From Candidatus Enterousia sp. (GTDB lineage Bacteria > Pseudomonadota > Alphaproteobacteria > Rs-D84): a stretch of DNA of 64,000 nt. Position 1 is the stretch's first letter, and each line of letters starts with the position of its first letter. Under the pieces are notes generated by a model. That model was given only the letters and a program-made list of their open reading frames with translations, was not told where the DNA came from and searched no databases. Below are positions 1 to 7,712 of this stretch, in pieces. Location of the stretch: positions 7,658 through 71,657 of the forward strand of contig JAZRPS010000017.1 in NCBI GenBank assembly GCA_045649345.1, in the 5' to 3' direction. The position numbers were made by a program, and so were the translations under genes.

Positions 1-123
1 GCTACATAATTGCTACATACTAAAAAACAGCTATACGGCGCATACACAGATGTGTGCAAAAAGTGGCGGGAATCTGGGCCAACACGACATATCGTAAAAA
101 AAAGACCTGAAATCAAGAACTTG

Positions 124-168
124 CTGTTAATCCGTATGTCGTTGGTTCGAGTCCAGTTGCCCGAGCCA
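124..168 (+). pseudogene. tRNA-Asn(GUU) 3' half remnant (anticodon loop through CCA); the 5' half is absent
   Basis: The sequence ctgttaatccgtatgtcgttggttcgagtccagttgcccgagcca contains: anticodon loop CUGUUAA, 3' anticodon stem tccgt, 5-nt variable loop, T arm GTTGG/TTCGAGT/CCAGT, 7-nt acceptor strand, discriminator G, and CCA. It nearly matches the 3' half of canonical bacterial tRNA-Asn as I recall it. The upstream sequence cannot form the anticodon-stem 5' strand or a D arm. The complementary acceptor strand tcgggca is absent from 1-123. Confidence 0.6.
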
Positions 169-176
169 CATTTTAC

Positions 177-202
177 ACCGTCCATAAAAAGGGCGGTTTT
201 TG
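177..202 (+). terminator. Intrinsic terminator after the tRNA-Asn remnant
   Basis: Hairpin caccgtcc-ataaaaa-gggcggt followed by a T-run. Confidence 0.55.
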
Positions 203-284
203 TTTGGATTTCTGAGGATTTTCACAGTTCGATAATATAGGTTATAAAACAGGCTATTTTTCAGGCATTATCGAACTGCATAAT

Positions 285-313
285 AAAAAAGGCTAGAAAT
301 CTAACCTTTTTTA
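285..313 (-). terminator. Bidirectional hairpin terminator downstream of tyrS
   Basis: aaaaaaggctagaaatctaacctttttt: 7-bp stem (one G-U pair) flanked by an A-run and a T-run, about 20 nt past the tyrS stop. Confidence 0.6.
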
Positions 314-332
314 TTAGATCGAGTAAATGTAC

Positions 333-1532
333 TTATTTAGCAAGGACTTTAAAGAAAGTCTTGCGACCGACACGCACACATAACGGTTTATCAGTAATGA
401 ATGTTTGATTTAGGTCAGATACCCTGTCATCATTTATTGTGACTGCGTTTTGAAGAATCAATCTGCGCAATTCACTGTTTGATGCATCCGGCATACCTAA
501 TTTCAAGGTTTCCATTACGGATAATGATTCTTGATCGGTTTTTATTTCTGGCGCATTGTCTGGAAAAGTGTGTTCTGAAAAAGTTTTGCGCCAGTTTTCC
601 AATGCTGCAACAGCCGCATCCGCACCATGGAAGATTTCTGTTATTTTCTGGGCAGCAAACAGTTTTGCTCGCATTGGCTCGTTGTCAATATCCAACGCAT
701 CAATTTCCGACAATGGAACACGAGTATTATTCACCAACAAAATACGTATCATTTCATCGGGCTGCGCCATAATCTGGGCAAACATGGTATCTGCGGTTTC
801 ATTCAAGAAAACGCCTGTACCACGCGATTTTGACATCAATTCACCCGTCACCGGATTTTCCATCAAATTGTTGCAAACAATAAACTTTTCCTTGTTCTTT
901 AATTTGCGCAACAAAGTACGCCCCATCAGCGCATTAAACGTCTGGTCTGTGCCACACAATTCAACATCCGCATCCAACGCAACTGAATCAAAGCCCTGGA
1001 AAATCGGGTACAGGAATTCGTGCAGATGGATTGGTCGGTTTTCAGCCATGCGTTTCTGAAACATATCGCGTTCCAGCATATGCTGAACAGTTGTGTTTGA
1101 AGTCAATTCAATCAAATCATGCATAGATAGTTTGTTTAGCCATTCGCCATTAAATACCACTTTGGCCGGATTGTTTGGGTCGTTAAAGTTGATAATTGGT
1201 GAGATTTGGCGTACCCAGTCAGCGGAAAATTCGTGTACTTGTTCCGGTGTTAATCTTGCACGGGCAGAATTGCGGTCGCTGGGGTCACCAATGCATGCGG
1301 TAAAGTCGCCAAACAAGACAAATACTTCGTGTCCCAGTTTTCTGAATTCTTCCAACAACATAAAGTTTTTCGCATGCGACAAGTGCAACGACGTATTTGT
1401 CGGGTCTGCCCCAATAAAAAAACGCAGTTTTTCTGTCAGCAGTTTTTTCTTGAATTCTGCACGTGAGGGCAAGATGTCGACAATTATGCCCCTGTCCAGA
1501 ATTTCATCAATAATTTGTTCTTTGGTTTTCAT
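333..1532 (-). CDS. tyrS: Tyrosyl-tRNA synthetase
   Basis: 399-aa ORF. Class I HIGH-like motif 'SLHLSH', 'GTDQTFN', KMSKS-like motif 'LMSKS', and a C-terminal S4-like RNA-binding tail (LRRLILQNAVTINDDRV). Confidence 0.88.
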   Translation of the reverse strand: MKTKEQIIDEILDRGIIVDILPSRAEFKKKLLTEKLRFFIGADPTNTSLHLSHAKNFMLLEEFRKLGHEVFVLFGDFTACIGDPSDRNSARARLTPEQVHEFSADWVRQISPIINFNDPNNPAKVVFNGEWLNKLSMHDLIELTSNTTVQHMLERDMFQKRMAENRPIHLHEFLYPIFQGFDSVALDADVELCGTDQTFNALMGRTLLRKLKNKEKFIVCNNLMENPVTGELMSKSRGTGVFLNETADTMFAQIMAQPDEMIRILLVNNTRVPLSEIDALDIDNEPMRAKLFAAQKITEIFHGADAAVAALENWRKTFSEHTFPDNAPEIKTDQESLSVMETLKLGMPDASNSELRRLILQNAVTINDDRVSDLNQTFITDKPLCVRVGRKTFFKVLAK

Positions 1533-1560
1533 TACTTAATCCTTTGTTAGTTTTATGAAT

Positions 1561-1630
1561 AAAAAATTGGCTTTGACATATACCCCTTATGGTGCCAAAG
1601 CCAATCAAACCCATAACACCATAAGGGGTT
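1561..1630 (-). promoter_or_regulatory. Attenuator-like or pseudoknotted leader of tyrS
   Basis: On the minus-strand RNA, ccccttatggtg pairs with caccataagggg (12 bp). Interleaved with that, attggctttg pairs with caaagccaat (10 bp), followed by UUUUUU, about 30 nt before the ATG. Confidence 0.35.
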
Positions 1631-1832
1631 AATAGGCGTAATAAAAACCACGTACGCAAATCTGCGCACATTCTGAAATCTGATTAAAATGCAAACTATT
1701 TCTTGTCATTTCCCATTCATTATAGAGAAACTTGTTGTTTTTGTCAACTTTATTGTTTTAAGACCATTTTGCAAAGTGTGGCAAAGTGCGCGAATTCATT
1801 CGGCTTTTCAACCCGATAGGTGCAAGTTATAT

Positions 1833-1994
1833 CGAGCCACATTTTACACCGTCCTTAAAAAGGGCGGTTTTTCTTTGGATTTCCAAGCTTTTTCAGAGTT
1901 CGATACTGTTGGTTGTAAAACGGGCTATTTTTCAGGCATTATCGAACTGCATAATAAAAAAGGCTAGAAATCTAACCTTTTTCTTAGTTCGAGT
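1833..1994. repeat. Direct repeat copy 2
   Basis: Starts with cgagcca, then the same hairpin terminators as 162-324. There is no T arm upstream of it. Confidence 0.8.
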
Positions 1995-2022
1995 CCGCTT
2001 TGCTTATTTGTAAAAACTTATT

Positions 2023-2051
2023 TTGACAACAAAAGTTTGGTGATATATAGT
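2023..2051 (+). promoter_or_regulatory. Sigma70-like promoter of the PPase-like/Nudix/S51 operon
   Basis: TTGACA-N17-TATAGT, about 35 nt upstream of the ATG at 2087. Confidence 0.45.
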
Positions 2052-2086
2052 TGGATTATATCATTTTTTGCAAAAAGGATTTAATC

Positions 2087-2443
2087 ATGTCCGCAAATTC
2101 CAACATCGTCAATGCGCGTGATTTTCTGGGTAAAATCGTCAATGTACAAATGGACAGACCACTGGGCAGCAAACATCCAAAGCATGGTTTTACATACGAA
2201 GTGAACTATGGATTTATTCCGAACACAGTATCGGGTGACGGTGAAGAATTAGACGCATATGTATTGGGTATTGATACGCCATTGGCAACCTTTACCGGCA
2301 AATGCATTGCGATTATTCATCGCACAAATGACAACGATGATAAACTGATTGTTGTACCAGATGGACAAAATCCAACAAACGAATATATTGAACAAAAAAC
2401 CGCTTTCCAAGAACAGTGGTTCAAGCACACGACTATAAGATAA
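2087..2443 (+). CDS. Short inorganic-pyrophosphatase-like protein (about 118 aa)
   Basis: ATG at 2087 with SD aagga (the ORF track starts at TTG 2051). Motifs 'DRPLGSKHP', 'NYGFIP' and 'DGEELDAYVLG' resemble the family I PPase metal-binding signature. Confidence 0.6.
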   Translation: MSANSNIVNARDFLGKIVNVQMDRPLGSKHPKHGFTYEVNYGFIPNTVSGDGEELDAYVLGIDTPLATFTGKCIAIIHRTNDNDDKLIVVPDGQNPTNEYIEQKTAFQEQWFKHTTIR

Positions 2444-2461
2444 AATCAAGGGGGGATAGTC

Positions 2462-2878
2462 ATGCGAACACAAACAACAAGCAGATGTTTAATTGTTCAA
2501 GGTGATAGCATCGTTTTATGCAAGCACTTGGCTGGCGGTTATTATTTCTTGCCTGGTGGCGGATTGGAAATTGGCGAAACATTGAATCAGTGCATTACAC
2601 GTGAACTGAATGAAGAAATGGGTGTTGTAGAATCTGACATCACTATTCATGATGGCATCTTATTGGCTATTGAAAATCAGGGCTATGATTCCAATGGAAA
2701 TTTCCTGTACGGGATTGAGGTTGTTAAACGTGTGGATATAAACACCGAAAACATTACCAGCCAGGAAGATTTAATCGGATTTGAAAAAGTAAAAATATCG
2801 GAACTGGCCGACACAAAACTGTATCCAACCGTTATAAAAAATTGGGTTATAGAAACACTAAACAAAGGGAAACAATAA
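2462..2878 (+). CDS. NUDIX hydrolase
   Basis: Nudix box 'GGGLEIGETLNQCITRELNEEMGV'. SD aagggggg lies upstream. Confidence 0.78.
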   Translation: MRTQTTSRCLIVQGDSIVLCKHLAGGYYFLPGGGLEIGETLNQCITRELNEEMGVVESDITIHDGILLAIENQGYDSNGNFLYGIEVVKRVDINTENITSQEDLIGFEKVKISELADTKLYPTVIKNWVIETLNKGKQ

Positions 2879-3591
2879 TGCATATAATACTTGGCGGTGG
2901 TGGCAGCGACGAACAAACCATTATTTCAAATAAACTGTTTGAAAGCCTAATCGACCCAACAAAGCCCATTTTATACATCCCATTGGCTATGGAACCGCAC
3001 AGGTATGACGGGTGTCTGGAGTGGATAAACGGCGACGAATTTAGCAATATTAAACATGGCGAATTCGTTATGGTGCATGATGCAGACGAAATATGTAAAC
3101 ACAACCTGGGCGATTATGCGGCCGTCTTTATTGGCGGTGGCAATACATATCACCTGTTGCAACGATTAAAGGACAGCAGTGCATTCCAACAGATAAAAGA
3201 ATATTTGAACAATGGTGGGGTTGTATATGGTGGCAGTGCCGGCGCAATTATTTTTGGTAAAGATATTGATGCATGTCTGTATATGGATACAAACGATTTA
3301 AATTTTGGTGACACGGGTGGTTTTGATATGTTGTTTGGCTGTTCTTTTACAGCACACTATACAAACCAATATGCCGAAAAACACAAAGTCGCAACAGATT
3401 ATTTAACACAATATTCAACAAAAGAACCTGTTGTCGCCCTGCCCGAAGAGAATAGCCTGTATACAGATGGCAATATTATAAAAGTTGTTGGCACACGCCC
3501 ATGGTATGTAGTTAATGGAGGTGTCATGAAACAATTTAAACCAAACACCGAATACACCAAAGATGAATTCTTGGCGGCAATAAAAATATAA
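2878..3591 (+). CDS. Peptidase S51 / dipeptidase E-like (class I glutamine amidotransferase-like fold)
   Basis: ATG overlaps the previous stop (TAATG). Motifs 'MHIILGGGG', 'FIGGGNTYHLL' and nucleophile elbow 'GGSAGA'. Confidence 0.65.
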   Translation: MHIILGGGGSDEQTIISNKLFESLIDPTKPILYIPLAMEPHRYDGCLEWINGDEFSNIKHGEFVMVHDADEICKHNLGDYAAVFIGGGNTYHLLQRLKDSSAFQQIKEYLNNGGVVYGGSAGAIIFGKDIDACLYMDTNDLNFGDTGGFDMLFGCSFTAHYTNQYAEKHKVATDYLTQYSTKEPVVALPEENSLYTDGNIIKVVGTRPWYVVNGGVMKQFKPNTEYTKDEFLAAIKI

Positions 3592-3615
3592 CGGGGGAAT
3601 GATACAGAATATGGC

Positions 3616-4401
3616 TTAGCCTATAACCTCTAATTCTATCCCCACAATACCGTATTTAGATTCCATTTCGGCATCGTAAAATTTTGAAACAACAGACATC
3701 AGTGCATTTAGCGATGCGAAACCGGTTCGGGGCATGCTGATTTTTGTCGCCAGGTCTGCAAAACTGCGCGCGATATGCAGGCGCATGATTTTGGCACGAA
3801 TATAATCATTGCGATTTTGCGCGTCATATATCAGAATAATGTCACCGTTGTGCATTCTGCGACGTTTTTCATCATACAGACGCAGTTCGATATCCTTTTC
3901 ACCAGAACGCACCATTTCATAGTATTCGGGACGCAAACTCATTGAAAATTTACAACCCAAGTTTGGCAGGATGTGCGACATAAAAAATTCACGCATATCA
4001 TCAAATGGTGTGATTTTTGGGTTTAATAAGTCGTCGGGGGCAACCCATGCAACCGATATTTCTTCGGGGCGGTTTTCGCAGAAATTCAATTCCATATCAT
4101 CTGGGACGTGAACGATATAAAAGCGATGTTCTTCGACCCATGCGCCACGTTTTTGCGCACGTTCGGGGGTTGGGTGACGAAATGCATATGGCACCGGAAT
4201 TTCAATCGCACTGTCTGCCAGCGCAGATACAGATTCGCCCAGTTCTTCGGTCAGTTCACGCCGCAGCGCAGTCAAAAAATCTTCGCCATCATCCAGTCGT
4301 CCGCCAATTGGTCCATATCCGTTTTCGCCGTATTTTAATAGCGCAACCTGTCCATCACGCACCGGCAAAATATATGCAGAATAACTGATGTCTTTTATCA
4401 T
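3616..4401 (-). CDS. NUDIX hydrolase fused to a C-terminal ASCH-like domain
   Basis: N-terminal Nudix box 'GGRLDDGEDFLTALRRELTEELGE'. The C-terminal ~110 aa ('RPEYYEMVRSGEKDIELRLYDEKRRRMHNGDIILI') are ASCH-like. The start overlaps the upstream stop (ATGA). Confidence 0.65.
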   Translation of the reverse strand: MIKDISYSAYILPVRDGQVALLKYGENGYGPIGGRLDDGEDFLTALRRELTEELGESVSALADSAIEIPVPYAFRHPTPERAQKRGAWVEEHRFYIVHVPDDMELNFCENRPEEISVAWVAPDDLLNPKITPFDDMREFFMSHILPNLGCKFSMSLRPEYYEMVRSGEKDIELRLYDEKRRRMHNGDIILIYDAQNRNDYIRAKIMRLHIARSFADLATKISMPRTGFASLNALMSVVSKFYDAEMESKYGIVGIELEVIG

Positions 4402-4871
4402 TTTGTATCCTTTGATTCACTGCGATATGATTTACATTCTGAATATATTTCGCCACGGGCCAATCCAGCCAATGATATGCGTGTGGTTGAAACAACGTTC
4501 TTTAGATTTGCAAGCTCATCCAATGTAAAGTATTGCATATCTGCACACTTGTCCCCCTCGCAATTACGAATTGTGCCGGTGTATTTTGATACCTCGAAAA
4601 AGAAATCAAAAGATTCTGTGCGACTGGCCAAATTGCTGGTGACGTGTACGCACTTGATGTCGTCGGGCGCAATGTCGATATCCAGTTCTTCTTTGGCCTC
4701 ACGTATGGCTGCTGCCATGGCAGTTTCGCCTTGTTCAATGTGTCCAGCCGGCAAGACCCACCAACCACCATCATAATTAAATAAACCATCGTTGCGGAAG
4801 AATAATAAGACCCGGTCGTCTTGCTTTATAATCAGGTTTATTACACCCTTGAACATTGCACGTTCAGCCAT
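4398..4871 (-). CDS. NUDIX hydrolase
   Basis: Nudix box 'AGHIEQGETAMAAAIREAKEELDI'. ATG at 4871 is preferred over the TTG at 4922. Confidence 0.72.
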   Translation of the reverse strand: MAERAMFKGVINLIIKQDDRVLLFFRNDGLFNYDGGWWVLPAGHIEQGETAMAAAIREAKEELDIDIAPDDIKCVHVTSNLASRTESFDFFFEVSKYTGTIRNCEGDKCADMQYFTLDELANLKNVVSTTRISLAGLARGEIYSECKSYRSESKDTK

Positions 4872-4964
4872 TTCTTGTCCTTTTCTTTCTTGAATTGTGC
4901 CATGAATGTTTTCAATTCGCAATCCTATTGTTTACAACATATGGTGCATTTGCATAATCTTTTA

Positions 4965-5078
4965 GAAAGATTTCACAAAGTCTAGTAATGATTGTAAATT
5001 CTGTTGGATTTTCGTGCCAGCACGAACAAGCCGCGCCGAGCCACGAATTTTCCGCAGATTTCTGCGGATTTTTATTGT
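4965..5078 (+). ncRNA. Candidate small RNA (promoter plus intrinsic terminator, no ORF)
   Basis: TTTACA(4931-4936)-N16-CATAAT(4953-4958). About 100 nt downstream, the hairpin ccgcag-attt-ctgcgg is followed by tttttattgttttt. The internal ttcgtg can pair with either of two cacgaa copies. Confidence 0.25.
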
Positions 5079-5199
5079 TTTTAGGGATATTAATACCCCT
5101 TAACAAAACTACCCCAAGGCACCAAAAAAGCGATATAAATTGACCATAAAAACATACCATTGACATACGGTATGTTTCGAAACACCATTTTTTACACCC

Positions 5200-5227
5200 T
5201 TGATTATTTCTAAAAACCGTGTATAAT
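5200..5227 (+). promoter_or_regulatory. Sigma70-like promoter of the metK-like gene
   Basis: TTGATT-N16-TATAAT. Confidence 0.5.
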
Positions 5228-5233
5228 ATAAAA

Positions 5234-5408
5234 CAATCAAGGTGGATTTAACCTGACTTGTCCTACCTCTAAATGGACTAAACAAGGAGTTGTTATATGC
5301 AAATTTTCCTATACTTTATGCCGCATTTTGCACAGTGCAATTCTGCCTGTGTTGGTAGCTACATGAATCCACCTTTGGTTCTTACTGCAAAAACCAAAGG
5401 AGTGAATT
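5234..5408 (+). promoter_or_regulatory. Structured 5' leader (riboswitch-like) with an SD-sequestering hairpin
   Basis: A 10-bp closing helix (aaggtggatt 5239-5248 with aatccacctt 5366-5375) encloses two hairpins. cctttggtt (5372-5380) pairs with aaccaaagg (5392-5400), which overlaps the SD aaggag. Confidence 0.4.
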
Positions 5409-6428
5409 ATGCAAAGAACAGCAGAAGCAGTGTCTTTGGGACACCCAGATAAAGTCGCCGATTATATTTCCAGTTACATTTTGGATCGGTTAATAGAACA
5501 AGACCCACAAGTCAAATATGCCGTTGAGGTAATGATCAAGGACAACAATGTTGTCCTTGGGGGCGAAGTGACTACCTCTGCCCCACTCGGCAATTTGACC
5601 GCCTATGTTAAGGCTGCCCTTGCTGAAATCGGCTATGATGACCGGTACACATCAATATGGGGCGAATTGGCCATTAACCCAGCGCAAATAAATGTTACCA
5701 ATTTGATCGGCATACAATCCGCAGATATCAATCGTGGTGTTGCTGCTGACGGCTGGGGCGATCAAGGTGTTTTCGTTGGATATGCCTGCCAAGGCGAAGG
5801 AAAGATAAACAGGGAATTATTCCTAGCAAAAAAGCTGAATAAAGCCCTGTACGATAAAGCCCGTAAATCCGACAATCTTGGCATAGATATCAAGACACAA
5901 ATCACATTGAATGACGATAAGATTGAAACCGCTATCGTGGCAATACCAATGCTGCACGATGAAGATCTGACGGAATTTGTGATTTCTGTCCTAGGCGAGA
6001 AGCCAGCGCACATTATCATAAATGGCACCGGACGTTACACATACCATGGTTCCATCGCAGACTGTGGCATTACAGGACGTAAATTGGCCTGTGACTTTTA
6101 TTCAACCGCCTGTCCGATTGGTGGTGGCAGTCCATGGACAAAGGATGCTAGCAAGGCAGATTTGACCCTTAATGTCTATGCCCGTATCTTAGCTTGCGAA
6201 AATCTGGCTAACAACGACGAATGTTTTGTTTACCTGTCTTCGTGCATCGGACGTGCCGAACTGCCCAGTGGTCTGATAAAAACGATTAAGAACGGTATTG
6301 TTTCCTATCATGACTTATGGTGCAATCAGAAACCAAGCAACCTGATAAAGGCATACGGTTTAGATAAACCGATCTATGCAAAATTATGCGACAAAAGTAT
6401 ATCTGGTATTTTAGAAAATGCAAAATAA
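5409..6428 (+). CDS. Compact, divergent S-adenosylmethionine synthetase-like protein (339 aa)
   Basis: MetK motifs are present: 'GHPDKVADYIS', 'GDQGVFVGYA', 'ADCGITGRK', 'GGGSPWTKDASKAD'. It lacks the usual C-terminal GHFGR region and is about 45 aa shorter than E. coli MetK. Confidence 0.7.
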   Translation: MQRTAEAVSLGHPDKVADYISSYILDRLIEQDPQVKYAVEVMIKDNNVVLGGEVTTSAPLGNLTAYVKAALAEIGYDDRYTSIWGELAINPAQINVTNLIGIQSADINRGVAADGWGDQGVFVGYACQGEGKINRELFLAKKLNKALYDKARKSDNLGIDIKTQITLNDDKIETAIVAIPMLHDEDLTEFVISVLGEKPAHIIINGTGRYTYHGSIADCGITGRKLACDFYSTACPIGGGSPWTKDASKADLTLNVYARILACENLANNDECFVYLSSCIGRAELPSGLIKTIKNGIVSYHDLWCNQKPSNLIKAYGLDKPIYAKLCDKSISGILENAK

Positions 6429-6646
6429 GGAGTTTAAGATGAAAAAAACAAAAAGCGTTTAAAAAAATGATATTAAACCTGACCAGGGTGACAGTTTTTG
6501 AATTTAAATCGAAATACAAACAAATATTAGAAAAAAGCCAGAACGATATTATAAACCGCGCCAATACAAAGCAACAAAATCAAGCATTAGGCTTATGCGA
6601 ACACGAATAAAATGCCATCAGAATATGATGTAAACTGTTTTTGCGG

Positions 6647-7693
6647 TTAATGCAATTCGTCCGCCAGTGTTGCAATTGCAATCGCATACCAGTTTGAATT
6701 ATTCCAACGTTTAATACGATAAAAATTAGGATATGTTAAATATGCGCTTATAACTGGCATTGGCGCAATGTCCGCATCTGGTGTGGCAATCGTCTTGGCT
6801 TCGTCACGGACGCGTTCTATGTGCGCAACGTCTGCAACCAGCCCCGCAATCATGTCTGTTTGCGGCAACTGTGAGCCGTCTGGATTTGTGATTCCCATCG
6901 CTGACCATTCGGGCAAAGACTTTTTTGTTTTGCCGTCCAACAGCCCTAAATCAAAATCGGCAGGCAGCACAACGCGTCTAACAATGCGTTGCCCTTTGTC
7001 CCAGCCTAGTTTGTTTAGATAGTTTCCTGCACTGTGCATGGCGTCGCCAACATTGTTTATTATATCAACACGACCGTCGTTATTACCGTCAACCCCATAT
7101 TGTGCCAATGTAGTTGGAATAAACTGAAAGTGTCCCATTGCACCCGCCCAAGAGCCGTAAATTTTGTTTATGTCCAACGAATTTTTATCGGCAATCTTCA
7201 TTAACGCAATTAATTGATTCCCAAAAAATGTTTCACGACGCCCGTCATACATCAATGTTAAAAAAGCATCGGTTAATTTATGTCGTGCCTTTACATCACC
7301 GTAATTTGATTCCATGCCCCAAAATGCCAAAACAACATGTGGTGGAATGCCATATTTTTTTTCAACACGTGTTAACATTGTTGGGTATTTTTGTCGCATC
7401 TTTTTTCCCTGGGCAATACGGTTTTGGTTCACAGTACGTGCCAGATAATCATTCAAAGTTAACTTAAATTCAGATTGATTTTTATCGCTTTTTACAATTG
7501 ATGGAATAAAGACAGGAGAATGCAGGGTGGATTTAATCATTGTGTCTGAAATGTTTTCTGACGCTGCACGCGTGCGTACGGAATCCAACATATTATACCA
7601 GCGATCCATATCAAACGCGCCCTTGTCTGCAAACGCAGAAAAAGGGACCGCAAACAGCGTGGCAACCAGCCATGATATCATTCGATTTTTCAT
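6647..7693 (-). CDS. mltB: Lytic murein transglycosylase (MltB/SLT_2 family)
   Basis: Signal peptide. Motifs 'FWGMESNYG' and 'GAMGHFQFIPTT'. C-terminal PG-binding-like region. Confidence 0.8.
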   Translation of the reverse strand: MKNRMISWLVATLFAVPFSAFADKGAFDMDRWYNMLDSVRTRAASENISDTMIKSTLHSPVFIPSIVKSDKNQSEFKLTLNDYLARTVNQNRIAQGKKMRQKYPTMLTRVEKKYGIPPHVVLAFWGMESNYGDVKARHKLTDAFLTLMYDGRRETFFGNQLIALMKIADKNSLDINKIYGSWAGAMGHFQFIPTTLAQYGVDGNNDGRVDIINNVGDAMHSAGNYLNKLGWDKGQRIVRRVVLPADFDLGLLDGKTKKSLPEWSAMGITNPDGSQLPQTDMIAGLVADVAHIERVRDEAKTIATPDADIAPMPVISAYLTYPNFYRIKRWNNSNWYAIAIATLADELH

Positions 7694-7712
7694 CCAAGCG
7701 TCCTAAGTTTAA

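Larger units (their letters stand above)
162..324. repeat. Direct repeat copy 1 (last 7 nt of the tRNA-Asn remnant plus downstream flank)
   Basis: Aligns by eye with 1833-1994 (about 14 substitutions and 1 indel over ~163 bp). It includes two hairpin terminators. Confidence 0.8.

Noticed and set aside
1-168. 3' end of tmRNA (ssrA), suggested by the GGTTCGAGTCC T loop, encoded CCA and terminator.
   Set aside because: The acceptor strand would give U1-A72 with discriminator G and no G3-U70 pair, which alanine charging requires. The segment also contains a perfect tRNA-Asn anticodon loop and stem (CUGUUAAUCCGU). It is therefore better explained as a tRNA-Asn 3' half.
1533-1700. T-box riboswitch upstream of tyrS.
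   Set aside because: The leader is too short. No T-box consensus or specifier-loop architecture is visible. Only the generic alternative-helix feature is retained.
10-2013. Plus-strand ORFs 10..240, 1689..1967 and 1786..2013.
   Set aside because: They run through the tRNA remnant, hairpin terminators and the duplicated noncoding repeat. They have no SD and no recognisable protein features.
4912-5166. 84-aa minus-strand ORF upstream of the Nudix operon.
   Set aside because: It has no SD and overlaps promoter-like and terminator elements. Its composition is hydrophobic and Cys-rich with low complexity, typical of a spurious frame.
5228-5408. Known SAM riboswitch class (SAM-I, SAM-II/V, SAM/SAH) in the metK-like leader.
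   Set aside because: I could not align the conserved cores of these classes from memory, so it is kept only as an unclassified structured leader. An Rfam scan is needed.
6439-6462. 7-codon mini-ORF (MKKTKSV) with a perfect SD right after the metK-like stop.
   Set aside because: It is too short to evaluate and is probably a fortuitous SD-ATG in an A-rich spacer.
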